NCBI GenBank assembly: GCA_043800255.1
Contig: JAZDNF010000013.1
Location: 22,474-86,473 of the forward strand
From: Candidatus Altiarchaeota archaeon
GTDB lineage: Archaea > Altiarchaeota > Altiarchaeia > IMC4 > SCGC-AAA252-I15
Direction: 5' to 3'
Length of the DNA stretch: 64,000 bases
A program made the translations under genes and the position numbers. The notes beneath the pieces are model-generated. The model saw only the letters and a list, made by a program, of their open reading frames with translations. It was not told the origin of the DNA and did not search any database. The first letter of the stretch is position 1. The number at the start of each line of letters is the position of its first letter. Shown here in pieces: positions 50,809-59,357 of the stretch.

Positions 50809-50820
50809 GCTTTGTCTCCG

Positions 50821-52134
50821 CTAGGCAGGTATGTCCATATCAGGATAGGCTTCCTCACCATGCTGTGTAAGGTCTAATCCTAGTATTTCCTCCTCTCTTC
50901 TAACGCGCAGCCCAATCGAATAGTCAATTACCTTCAGGATGACGACTGTCACCGTCAAAGCGTAAACAACCGTTGCTAACACCCCTATTGCTTGAGCGAT
51001 GAGAAGCGAGGCATTGCCTGCCAGCAACCCATCAGCGCCGTTCGGGTTTATCACAGACTGCGCGAAAACGCCTGTCAGCAGGGCGCCCATTATCCCACCC
51101 GCCCCATGGCATGCCATCACATCAAGCGCGTCATCTATCCTGGTTCTCGTCTTCATGAACACGATGAACGTATAGCATACCGCACCAGCAGCAGCGCCTA
51201 TTACTATAGCAGCCAGCGGGCTTACGAAACCTGATGCAGGAGTTATAGCCACCAGACCGCATACTGCGCCAGTGGCTATGCCCAATGTGCTCGGCTTTTT
51301 GACGTGAATCCAGCTTACGATCATCCATGAGATTGCTGCGGCAGCTGCCGCCGTGTTTGTCACAACAAACGCCTGCGCAGCTAAGCCGTCGGCTGCCAGT
51401 GCGCTTCCAGCGTTGAACCCAAACCATCCGAACCACAGCAATGCCGCGCCGAGCACGGTCATGGTAATGTTGTGCGGTCTTATTTCACTTCCAGAGTTGA
51501 GTCCGATTCTCGGCCCTATTATCAGCGCAGCCGCTAGCGCCGATATTCCTGCGGATATGTGCACAACAGTCCCGCCCGCAAAGTCTAACGCCCCAAGCGT
51601 GCCAAGCCAGCCGCCGCCCCACACCCAGTGGGCTATTGGATCGTAGACTAGCGTCGTCCACAGTAGAACGAAGATTAGGAACGACGAGAATTTCATCCTG
51701 TCCGCAAATGCTCCTATTATCAGGGCAGGTGTTATGATCGCGAACATCGCCTGGAATATCATAAACACGAGATGCGGTACCGTAGGCCCATAATCAGGAC
51801 TTGGTAGCATCCCAACGCCATTCAGGCCGGCCATGCTGAGGTCTCCGATAAGGCCTCCGACATCAGGCCCGAATGACAGTGAGTAACCGATTAGAATCCA
51901 CTGTATGCTGACCAATGCTATTATGATAAAACTTTGCGTGATTATCGCGAGAACGTTTTTCCCCCGTACCATTCCTCCATAGAAGAATCCTACGGCAGGG
52001 GTCATCACCAGAACAAGTGCTGCTGATATTAGGACCCATGCAGTATCGCCAGAGTCAATCTCCTCTGCGCTGGCTGATGTGGCCAGGAGGATGAGAGTCA
52101 CCATTAACAGCGTAACATTAGTGGGCGGCTTCAT
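50821..52134 (-). CDS. amt: Ammonium transporter (Amt family)
   Basis: 11 TM helices, an Amt signature (DFAGGTVVH) and twin-His. Confidence 0.9.
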   Translation of the reverse strand: MKPPTNVTLLMVTLILLATSASAEEIDSGDTAWVLISAALVLVMTPAVGFFYGGMVRGKNVLAIITQSFIIIALVSIQWILIGYSLSFGPDVGGLIGDLSMAGLNGVGMLPSPDYGPTVPHLVFMIFQAMFAIITPALIIGAFADRMKFSSFLIFVLLWTTLVYDPIAHWVWGGGWLGTLGALDFAGGTVVHISAGISALAAALIIGPRIGLNSGSEIRPHNITMTVLGAALLWFGWFGFNAGSALAADGLAAQAFVVTNTAAAAAAISWMIVSWIHVKKPSTLGIATGAVCGLVAITPASGFVSPLAAIVIGAAAGAVCYTFIVFMKTRTRIDDALDVMACHGAGGIMGALLTGVFAQSVINPNGADGLLAGNASLLIAQAIGVLATVVYALTVTVVILKVIDYSIGLRVRREEEILGLDLTQHGEEAYPDMDIPA

Positions 52135-52442
52135 TCTTGCACCTCGGTTCTTTTACTACCAGTAGTATGTCTTCCGTTCCCCCCATTAGGATGGTTATTT
52201 TCATGTTACGGTCTCCGATGCCATGCCTATCACTTAGTGAGATGTTCATCTTACATTAATATTAATGCATAAGTTATATAAATAGTTTGTGTTTTTTTGA
52301 TGAGATTAGCATTAAAAATATGAGTTTTTTATAAAATTTGATAAAATTACGGGTATTATTGCCTAGGATGGCCTATAGATGCCATTTTTTGAAGATTTGC
52401 CATAATTTTCTATTTTTATTAGAGAAATGCACATATTTTCAC

Positions 52443-52892
52443 ATGGCCAAGTTCGATGACCTGGACATCAAGATAATACGAGAATTGAAATGGGACTCCA
52501 GGCAAAGCTACAGGGACATCGCCAGAAAACTCGAAGTCGCTGAGGGAACAGTATACAACAGGATAAACAAGATGCGGGAGGGCGACCTCATAAAAGGCTT
52601 CATGGTCGACATAGACTACTCCAAACTAGGATACGACCTGACGGCGCTGATAGGCATAACAACTGAAGGCGGCTCCCTCCAGGAGGTCGAACAGGAGATC
52701 TCGAAAGAGCCCAGCATAAGCGCACTCTATGACGTCACGGGAGAATATGACGCACTGCTTGTCGCGAAGTTCAAGGACAGGGAAGGCCTGAACAATCTCG
52801 TGAAGAAGCTCCTGGCAATGCCTGAGATAAAGAGGACCTACACGATGGTCGTCCTCAACGTCGTCAAAGAAGAGCACGGCATCAACGTATGA
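52443..52892 (+). CDS. Lrp/AsnC-family transcriptional regulator
   Basis: Internal ATG of the track ORF. HTH (SYRDIARKLEVAEGTVYNRI) plus a RAM domain. Confidence 0.8.
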   Translation: MAKFDDLDIKIIRELKWDSRQSYRDIARKLEVAEGTVYNRINKMREGDLIKGFMVDIDYSKLGYDLTALIGITTEGGSLQEVEQEISKEPSISALYDVTGEYDALLVAKFKDREGLNNLVKKLLAMPEIKRTYTMVVLNVVKEEHGINV

Positions 52893-53846
52893 TCATCCCA
52901 TAATCTTCTCGAAAACCCTTATGCAGTCTGCCTGATCCAACGCAGACATCCTGAGCGGGGCGTAATCCTTCAGCTGATCGAAAATTTTTTCCAGGACATC
53001 AACGCCAACAGCATCCGTCTTGTTGACGCACACAAAAATCTTCTGCTCGAACGTCTTCTGAACCTCGATCAGAAGTGAAATCTGCTGCCCGACATTCTCC
53101 GTCGGGTCCAGGATGAACAGGATGACGTCAGCAAGCTCGCCTATGGCGAGCAGAGCCTCCTGCTCGATCTTGTTCCGCTCAGCCATCGGCCGGTCAAGAA
53201 GCCCGGGCAGGTCGATCAGCTGCACGTTCTTGTACTTGATGTTCCTGTAGCCCATCTGGATTCTCTTCGTCGTGAACGGATACGAGTCGATCTCGACCTT
53301 CGAGCCGGTGAGGTTGCGCAAGAACGTCGACTTCCCCACATTGGGGTAGCCTGCGATGACCAGCGTCGGGAAATCCTTCACGACCGGGAAATCCTGCAGT
53401 ATGCCCTTAATCTCTATCAGAGTGTCAAGGTCAGGCCCTATCTGCTTCACGAAAGAGGAGACCCTCCCCAAAAAACGCTTCGATGGAGCGCTATCACCCG
53501 TTTTTCGCAGTTCCCTGAGGGATGTGTTCGTCAGCCGCTTCAGACTCGTCGAACACCACTGGACAGCCCCGAGAGATTTTTTGAAAACATCCTTGTTCAC
53601 TTTGATGTCAAGCAGCCGCTGATAGAATGTGTCAAGCCGCTCATAGGATGGGAAATTCTTAACTATCGCGTCCAAGTCGGAGCAGATTATTTTTTCAACA
53701 GTCCTTACCCGCTCCTCCTCGGCCCTCTGCTCTTTGAACCTTTTTTTCTTTCCTGCTGATATTTTTTTCTTGTGCTCTTTCGAACCTTTGCGAAAAGATT
53801 TTTCAATCAGCTCGTCAGAAGTCGGAATGTAGGGGAGTTTAAACAT
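52893..53846 (-). CDS. Nog1-family GTPase
   Basis: NOG1 N-terminal helical region, G1 (AGYPNVGKST), G3 (DLPG) and G4 (NKTD). Confidence 0.75.
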   Translation of the reverse strand: MFKLPYIPTSDELIEKSFRKGSKEHKKKISAGKKKRFKEQRAEEERVRTVEKIICSDLDAIVKNFPSYERLDTFYQRLLDIKVNKDVFKKSLGAVQWCSTSLKRLTNTSLRELRKTGDSAPSKRFLGRVSSFVKQIGPDLDTLIEIKGILQDFPVVKDFPTLVIAGYPNVGKSTFLRNLTGSKVEIDSYPFTTKRIQMGYRNIKYKNVQLIDLPGLLDRPMAERNKIEQEALLAIGELADVILFILDPTENVGQQISLLIEVQKTFEQKIFVCVNKTDAVGVDVLEKIFDQLKDYAPLRMSALDQADCIRVFEKIMG

Positions 53847-53879
53847 TTTTATAATAATGAATTCAATTTATTAGCATAA

Positions 53880-53978
53880 AATGGCTGCAAAAAAGAAAAA
53901 GGCCAAGAAAAAGGCTGTGAAGAGAAAGGCTAAGAAGAAAGTTAAGAGGACGGCCAAGAAGAAAAAGAGGAGGAGATA
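53880..53978 (+). CDS. Lys-rich micro-ORF (32 aa: MAAKKKKAKKKAVKRKAKKKVKRTAKKKKRRR)
   Basis: My own translation; it is below the track size cut-off. An ATG 33 nt downstream of the nog1 start is followed by poly-Lys and a T-run. Confidence 0.25.
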
Positions 53979-54056
53979 AAAAAACATCTCTTCTTTTTTT
54001 ACCCTTCTCTTTCCCGAAAATTCTTTATTTTTCAGTGCAGCATCCAATATTTTCTC

Positions 54057-55142
54057 ATGGAATCTATTGTCGCCATCTCAGACTCGCATCTCGGCTACCG
54101 CCACAGGTTCAAACTCAAGCGCCTGAAAGACTATGAGAAGGCGTTCAACGAGGCGCTCGCCAAGGCGCTCGACATCAAACCGGCTGTTATCGTCTTCTGC
54201 GGCGACCTCCTCCACCACACCAGGCCTGACCCCAAGAGCATGCGCATCCTGCTGCAGAACCTCATAAAGGCCGCTGAGAGTGCGCAAGTCGTCGTCTGCA
54301 TCGGAAACCACGAGATAGCAGGCCACCTCGGGACAGCCTATTCTCCCATGTTCTCAGACCTTCACAGGAACATCCACGTCCTGACCTCGGAGAACCCCCA
54401 CATCACGCTAACAGTCGATGGGAAGCAGATAGGCTTCCACGGCTTCCAGTACCTCAGGAGCAGGGAATCCGCGGAGGGCATGCTCGAGAGGATATCTACT
54501 CAGGTCTCCGGGAACGACTACAACATATTATGCCTGCACCAGGCCGTTGAGAAGTACCTGAACCCCCATGAGATTTCCCTCAGGGTTCTGCGGGAGGTCG
54601 CGCCAAAGTATAATCTGATCCTGTTAGGCCACGTGCACAAGCACCAGAAGGTCGGCGAAGTCTTTGACATCACCCCAACATACTATGTCGGCTCTACTGA
54701 GAGAATAAGCTTCAACGAATGGCAGAACCAGAACGGCTTCATGGTCTTCAGAGAGTATAAGTTCGGCGAACCGGATTTCGTAAGCGTGTCATCAGCTTCC
54801 ATCAAGAGGATCACAGCAGACTTGGGCGAGACAACCCCGAGCGAGATCAACAACTTCATCGACAGGAGCATAAACGATAGCAAAGGCGTCGATCTCCTGC
54901 AGATCAACATCAGTTCGAAAATGGCGGGGGACTTCTTCGACGTCAGGCAGGACTGGAGCGACTCCTACACCGACTTCACGGTATTGGACGTGAACATACA
55001 ACCTTCTGGCGCGGACAGACGAGTCGACTTCCAGAAGCTGCAGATAAACGAAGAGCTCATAAGAGAATACTTCAAGCAGACAGGCATGGAAGGGCAGAAC
55101 GAGCTCCTAGAAACCTGCATGGAGCTGTACAGCGAGATTTAA
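54057..55142 (+). CDS. Mre11/SbcD-family metallophosphoesterase nuclease
   Basis: All calcineurin-like nuclease motifs are present: I DSH (ISDSHLGY), II GDLLHH, III GNHE, IV H (LCLHQ), V GHVH. It is 361 aa. No rad50 gene is adjacent. Confidence 0.75.
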   Translation: MESIVAISDSHLGYRHRFKLKRLKDYEKAFNEALAKALDIKPAVIVFCGDLLHHTRPDPKSMRILLQNLIKAAESAQVVVCIGNHEIAGHLGTAYSPMFSDLHRNIHVLTSENPHITLTVDGKQIGFHGFQYLRSRESAEGMLERISTQVSGNDYNILCLHQAVEKYLNPHEISLRVLREVAPKYNLILLGHVHKHQKVGEVFDITPTYYVGSTERISFNEWQNQNGFMVFREYKFGEPDFVSVSSASIKRITADLGETTPSEINNFIDRSINDSKGVDLLQINISSKMAGDFFDVRQDWSDSYTDFTVLDVNIQPSGADRRVDFQKLQINEELIREYFKQTGMEGQNELLETCMELYSEI

Positions 55143-55181
55143 ACGCCGTTATTTAATTCAGAACATTGTATAGTTTATACC

Positions 55182-58100
55182 ATGTCTAAGGTCACTGAAA
55201 AGGATCTAGCAAACGAGAGGCAGAGATTAACCGACGTTCTTAGAAAAATCGCCTTGAAAGCAGACATGCCCATAAAGAAGGCCCTTGACGTAAAATACCC
55301 TGACCCTGAGGTAGGCACCCTGAACTACGCCCTCGCTAGGTCTAAAATCGTCCCGACAAAGGATGTCTGCCCCCACGAGGAGACAATCGAGGCGGCAGTT
55401 TGGAGCATACGAAATATGATGGTGAGGACGGAATCGTCTGACAAACCAATCATCGTTACAAGCAAACGCAAGAACGGCGAGACCATAAAAGATCCCAAGA
55501 CAGGGAGAACAAAGTACGTAATATTAGACGGCATGCACCGATCTGATGCTATGAAGAGAACAGGATGCGAAGACAGTCTCGTGTTTGATATCGACTATGA
55601 GAGGGAGGCTGAACTGCATGGCTGGGATGAGATAGTAGAGAAAAGCAAACAGAATTCGGGTGTGAGCATATTGAATGTGGTAAAGGATACTGTAGAGACT
55701 ATGAACAGGGATTCGGATCGAAAATTCAAAGTTGTCGAAGGCGATGACGATATTAAAACTCTTCACAAGCTGATGGATCCCAAGAGAGGGATGATTGCAT
55801 TCGGAGTAATCGATGATAAGGGCAGGTCATATAAGGTGACATACAAGGACGACTCTGAGCTTGCTCTTAAGGATATTGTCAAGGTGATGAACTTATTTGA
55901 CGAAAAACTTCGTGAGAAACTGGAGTCTGTGGATGACAACCCTAATGAGACGGTAAGGTTCTTCGGAGATGACAAGTCTGCAGACGAATTTAAGAAAAAC
56001 AAAAGTCTTGCGCTTATCACAAGGCCGAGATTCTCCAAGGAAGAGGTCGTTGAGATGGCGCTCAAGGGGGAGAAGGTTCCGATGAAGACCACGAGGCACA
56101 TATTCAAAATGCGGCCCCATATTAGAGTCCCACTGAAGCTTTTGCAGGATAAGTCAGTGCCCTATGCCGCAAAAACAAGACAACTTCACGAAGCCATGGA
56201 GAACGCCAGATATAGGTACTATCCTGAGGGTATCCTAGACTTTGCAGACATTGACGGAAAACTAGATGTTTCCGACAAGTACCTTGGCAAGGAGGAGATG
56301 GAACGTAAAAGACAGGAGCTTTTAGATGACCGCAACAGGGACTGGGCTAAAGAGTTTAAGCAAACCCATGAGTACAGGGTCGCAGGTTCCACAAAGGACG
56401 TCTACCACAGGAGCCCGGAATTCCAAGAACTCTACAAGAGCGTTGAGGGGGGGATAAAATGGCTCCTAAATCCAAAGTGGTATACAACGCAGGATAAATC
56501 CCAGGCTTTCATAATCAACGCTGAAACAACAGTAGCAATGGGGCGGGCCGCATTGTACAGCCTTAGTGAAGGAGAGAGGATTCTCCACATAGATGCAGGC
56601 ACTTTTGGAAAGAGATGGCACAATGAGATCAATAATGAATCAAAGATTAGATCAAATGTATTTGAGATCATACCAGGAACCAAGATAACAGAAGAGATCT
56701 TAGCTAATTTAAAAAAGGAGATTAAAGACGGGGGATATAGTGCCGTTACAGCCGTGCACAATGAGACATCAACTGGGATGGAGCTTCCCATAAGCACGTT
56801 CTCAAAGGTCATAAAGGAGGTCGAAAAGGAAACAGGCAGGGAGATACTATTTTTGGTAGACGCTGCAAGCTCCCTTGGAGGGATGCCAATACCTAATGTT
56901 GAGGATATAGATGTCTTGATTAGCGGCATCGAAAAATGCTTCCAATGCAACGCTGGATTATCGCTTATAGTCATGAGGTCGAGAGCGCTTGAGAAAGCTA
57001 AGAAGTCGATATTGTATAAGGGCGGGACTGGTTTCGAAAGATTGAAGGAATATGCGGACAAAAACCAGACGGTTGGGACTCCAGAATACACTCAGATTAA
57101 GCAACTCCACGAGGTACTGTGTGAGATAGGAGGGTACATATCACTTGATGGTAGATACTATCCTGGAGAGGGAGTAGAAAAAAGATATGAACGCATTAAG
57201 GACTTGGCTAGGGTAACAGAAGAGTGGGCTGAAAAGAGCGGCTTCGGCTTGTTCGCTCCGGAAGGGTTTAGATCATCAACAGTCACCACAATAACAACAG
57301 CCGGTATGAACGTCTCACCAGAGATTGTAAAAGATAGGATAAAAGCTAACTTTGGTATTGAACTTTCCCCAGGCCATAGGGAATTAAAAGAAAAGGAGCA
57401 AAAAATTGATCTGTTGAGGGTAACGCATTTTGGCGCTAAAGGATTGCCTGAGCTTGTGGATAAGGAACTTAATTTAATTTCGATTGTAGTAAAGGATGAG
57501 ATAAGGCAGAAGGCTGCCAGGGGCGAGGTTATTGGGGAAGACGCTGCCAGTAAGATAGGGAAGCTTGATGCTGGAATCAAATTCCTTATGGATCTTAGAA
57601 TACGTAGAGGGAGCAGCAACATTACGCTAAGTAGACGGCAGGAAGTAGATAATATGCGTTTTGAGAAGAAATCAGAGGCTGAAAATCTAGGGCTCAATCC
57701 AAATATTTTCTCGAGGGATGGGTGGCCGCTAGTGACAGCTGGGGTAAACTTGGACCGACTAAACGAGAAGGATAAGGAACGTATCTCCTATCATTCCGAT
57801 TTGCTGATACAATTAGGAGCGAAGACCGCCGCAATCGGGGCAGACCCGAAAGTCCTATTCGAGGAAAGTTTTCACAGGCTTGGCGAAGTCATAAGCTTGG
57901 ATAATCCAGAAAATTTTGAACTCGCCTGTGATATCGGATTAAAAGCAGTTGCTGCAGGCGTAGATCCAAACAAGATATTTACGTATGCACATGATCTCAA
58001 GGGGATCATAGACCACGATAGAGGTGGGTTGAAGACTGCCATCCATCAGTTGATTGTCATGGCGTCAAGCGTTGTCGGAAAATTTGAACTCGATGACGTG

Positions 58101-59357
58101 TATTCGGCATCTGTGATGGGAATGAGAGATCACATAAAGGATGTTGATGACCTTCAGGTGGTATGGGGCATCGTGAAAAAATCGGCTGAATCCAATTTGA
58201 ACCCAACTGATGTCTTCAAGCACATCTCTGGAGTAAGTACTGACGTCTGGAAGAAGAAAGAGTTGACAGATGTGTCGGATAGCATAATCGAATGCCATAA
58301 GATTGGGAGTCGAGTTGGAATAGACGTGCACCGACTTCTGGAGTCAGAAATAATTCCGGCAGGAATCCATAAGAGTGCGTCTGCATTATCTGAGACCTTC
58401 TCGGCGTTGTCAACAGTCTTACAATCAGAGGAGAGATACGGACTACCGCCCCGAATATTAATTGAAAATGCATTACCAGCCATGTCACACATTATAGCAA
58501 AAGACCCTGAGAAATTTGTAAAAGTTGTTAAATTAGTCGATAAATTCGGACAAGACATAAAAACCGGAGGTCATGACATAAATCGTGCCATGAGAAAGCA
58601 GGAGGGGGGCTTGCTCGGCTGTCTGGACACCGTAGGAAGTGTCGAAAATTTTAGTGAATTACTCGACCTGTATCGTCTGACGCTTGACAATGGCAAACGG
58701 CCGAAAGATTGGATTTCACACTTCTCAGAAATCAAAGAAACTCTTACAACGGAAGAAGACATGGGTAAGATACTCAAACTGGGAAATAAGGCGACAGCAG
58801 CAGGACATGACCCTGCAGGACTGTTCAAGGAGCTGTCAAAGTTAAGGAAATTCCTCTCGGATAGTAGTAGCATAGACTTATGCGTTGATTACGGCAATGC
58901 AGCGATAGAGTCGGGGAATAATCCAAGCGCATCATTTAATACAATCTTCCAGATGAGAGGAATCGCAAAAAGCGGCGACCATTTCAACAGCTTATTAGTC
59001 TCTGGGGGGGAGATGTACCGGGGGGGCATTCCCGTGGACCTTATCATGCGCTTCGGCCTAGACAAACTATCGGATATAGTGAGAGAAGCAGACGACATTA
59101 TGGACATAAACGCTGAATTGAGCGGCATATACTCCAAGGTCCATGCTGTGGGAGCCGATGCAGACGGCGTGTTCAAGGACAAATTCCAGAAGATTACGAA
59201 TTTGATTATAGATGTTGACGGCCTCCGTATGCTGAACAGGGAATTTGCTAAGAGGTCCTCACCATCAGAGATAGAGAGACTGTTCACAGATATTCGCAGA
59301 GTAAAGATGGAGTATATGGGAGTGGACAACATAAAAGACATCCTGAGGAACATCTAG
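55182..59357 (+). CDS. Giant (1391-aa) multidomain protein: ParB/Srx-like N-domain + class-V PLP aminotransferase-fold domain + C-terminal array of G-x-(D/N)-P-x-x-h-F helical repeats. No family assigned.
   Basis: ParB-like region (PIIVTSKRK...YVILDGMHRSDAMKRTG). The aminotransferase-V core runs from about aa 430 to 800. It has FIINAETTVAMGRAA, GTFGKRWHNE, VHNETSTGMELPI, a cofactor Asp (FLVDAASSLGG) and a PLP-Lys context (SGIEKCF). At least 6 repeats lie after aa 840 (GADPKVLF, GVDPNKIF, NLNPTDVF, GHDPAGLF, GNNPSASF, GADADGVF). The gene is A/T-richer than its flanks. Confidence 0.6.
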   Translation: MSKVTEKDLANERQRLTDVLRKIALKADMPIKKALDVKYPDPEVGTLNYALARSKIVPTKDVCPHEETIEAAVWSIRNMMVRTESSDKPIIVTSKRKNGETIKDPKTGRTKYVILDGMHRSDAMKRTGCEDSLVFDIDYEREAELHGWDEIVEKSKQNSGVSILNVVKDTVETMNRDSDRKFKVVEGDDDIKTLHKLMDPKRGMIAFGVIDDKGRSYKVTYKDDSELALKDIVKVMNLFDEKLREKLESVDDNPNETVRFFGDDKSADEFKKNKSLALITRPRFSKEEVVEMALKGEKVPMKTTRHIFKMRPHIRVPLKLLQDKSVPYAAKTRQLHEAMENARYRYYPEGILDFADIDGKLDVSDKYLGKEEMERKRQELLDDRNRDWAKEFKQTHEYRVAGSTKDVYHRSPEFQELYKSVEGGIKWLLNPKWYTTQDKSQAFIINAETTVAMGRAALYSLSEGERILHIDAGTFGKRWHNEINNESKIRSNVFEIIPGTKITEEILANLKKEIKDGGYSAVTAVHNETSTGMELPISTFSKVIKEVEKETGREILFLVDAASSLGGMPIPNVEDIDVLISGIEKCFQCNAGLSLIVMRSRALEKAKKSILYKGGTGFERLKEYADKNQTVGTPEYTQIKQLHEVLCEIGGYISLDGRYYPGEGVEKRYERIKDLARVTEEWAEKSGFGLFAPEGFRSSTVTTITTAGMNVSPEIVKDRIKANFGIELSPGHRELKEKEQKIDLLRVTHFGAKGLPELVDKELNLISIVVKDEIRQKAARGEVIGEDAASKIGKLDAGIKFLMDLRIRRGSSNITLSRRQEVDNMRFEKKSEAENLGLNPNIFSRDGWPLVTAGVNLDRLNEKDKERISYHSDLLIQLGAKTAAIGADPKVLFEESFHRLGEVISLDNPENFELACDIGLKAVAAGVDPNKIFTYAHDLKGIIDHDRGGLKTAIHQLIVMASSVVGKFELDDVYSASVMGMRDHIKDVDDLQVVWGIVKKSAESNLNPTDVFKHISGVSTDVWKKKELTDVSDSIIECHKIGSRVGIDVHRLLESEIIPAGIHKSASALSETFSALSTVLQSEERYGLPPRILIENALPAMSHIIAKDPEKFVKVVKLVDKFGQDIKTGGHDINRAMRKQEGGLLGCLDTVGSVENFSELLDLYRLTLDNGKRPKDWISHFSEIKETLTTEEDMGKILKLGNKATAAGHDPAGLFKELSKLRKFLSDSSSIDLCVDYGNAAIESGNNPSASFNTIFQMRGIAKSGDHFNSLLVSGGEMYRGGIPVDLIMRFGLDKLSDIVREADDIMDINAELSGIYSKVHAVGADADGVFKDKFQKITNLIIDVDGLRMLNREFAKRSSPSEIERLFTDIRRVKMEYMGVDNIKDILRNI

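Noticed and set aside
52250-52372. 40-aa minus-strand micro-ORF immediately upstream of, and overlapping, the amt start codon, as a possible leader peptide
   Set aside because: It has no recognisable features and no conservation evidence. The region is A/T-rich divergent-promoter DNA in which short ORFs arise by chance.
55182-59357. Possibility that the large gene downstream of the mre11-like gene is a divergent Rad50
   Set aside because: It has no P-loop (GxxGxGKS/T) near the N-terminus, no long coiled-coil with a CxxC zinc hook and no ABC signature or D-loop at the C-terminus. Instead it has ParB-like and aminotransferase-fold motifs.
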